Below, piece after piece: positions 63,749 to 64,000 of a DNA stretch of 64,000 bases. A program made the translations under genes and the position numbers. The stretch is from NCBI GenBank assembly GCA_013265495.1, contig MU058016.1:62001-126000 (forward strand). Direction: 5' to 3'. Position 1 is the first letter of the stretch. Each line of letters begins with the position of its first letter. Below the pieces are notes generated by a model that was not told where the DNA came from, searched no databases, and saw only the letters and a list, made by a program, of their open reading frames with translations. The DNA comes from Vicugna vicugna. Lineage: Eukaryota.

Positions 63749-64000
63749 GACCCCCAATCCCTTTTATAAGTTCCAAGATGATTTCTACTCTTACAGACCT
63801 TCCCCTGAACCATCACCCAAGAGCTAACCTAAAAAGAAGGTGACCTCAGTATTCCTACCTTTGTGGTGCATGTACTGCACACCAGCTCTGTGACAGGCTC
63901 TCTGCTACATGTTTCACATGCATAATCTCAATTATTTTCTCAAGAACAAGATGAGATAGCTCTTATACCCACTTTAAAGACAGAAAACTGATACTCAGAG

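Noticed and set aside
1..64000. CRISPR arrays, operons, numts, non-retroviral endogenous viral elements, processed pseudogenes, snoRNAs
   Set aside because: No repeat-spacer periodicity, prokaryotic gene structure, mitochondrial or viral ORF similarity, or convincing box C/D or H/ACA architecture seen by eye. Highly diverged cases cannot be excluded without BLAST/Infernal.

Overview
Mammalian genomic DNA, most likely a camelid (alpaca/llama/camel): it carries tRNA-Ala-derived vic-1-type SINEs and I saw no Alu, B1, Bov-tA/BovB or PRE-1. The only protein-coding feature I can support is coding exon 1 of MCTP1 on the minus strand (ATG at 36890, GT donor after 36168, 723 nt = 241 codons). It lies in a ~1.7 kb CpG-island promoter. 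Positions 1-36167 are intron 1 (no exon 2 recognised in the window) and >37.8 kb is upstream intergenic DNA. The rest is dense in transposable-element fossils: L1s of several ages (including an internally deleted near-full-length copy holding a younger nested L1), L2, MIR, MaLR/ERVL/ERV1 solo LTRs and hAT MITEs. I found no convincing previously undescribed biological system. The best leads are modest: a 10-bp perfect hairpin, CGG run and G-rich duplication in the MCTP1 leader; a CTCF-like site with upstream module ~8 kb upstream; kinase/14-3-3-like motifs in the MCTP1 N-terminus; and several TE nesting events with intact target-site duplications (TSDs). Repeat family names come from recalled consensus sequences, not a database search, and old-repeat boundaries are approximate (+/-30-50 bp).
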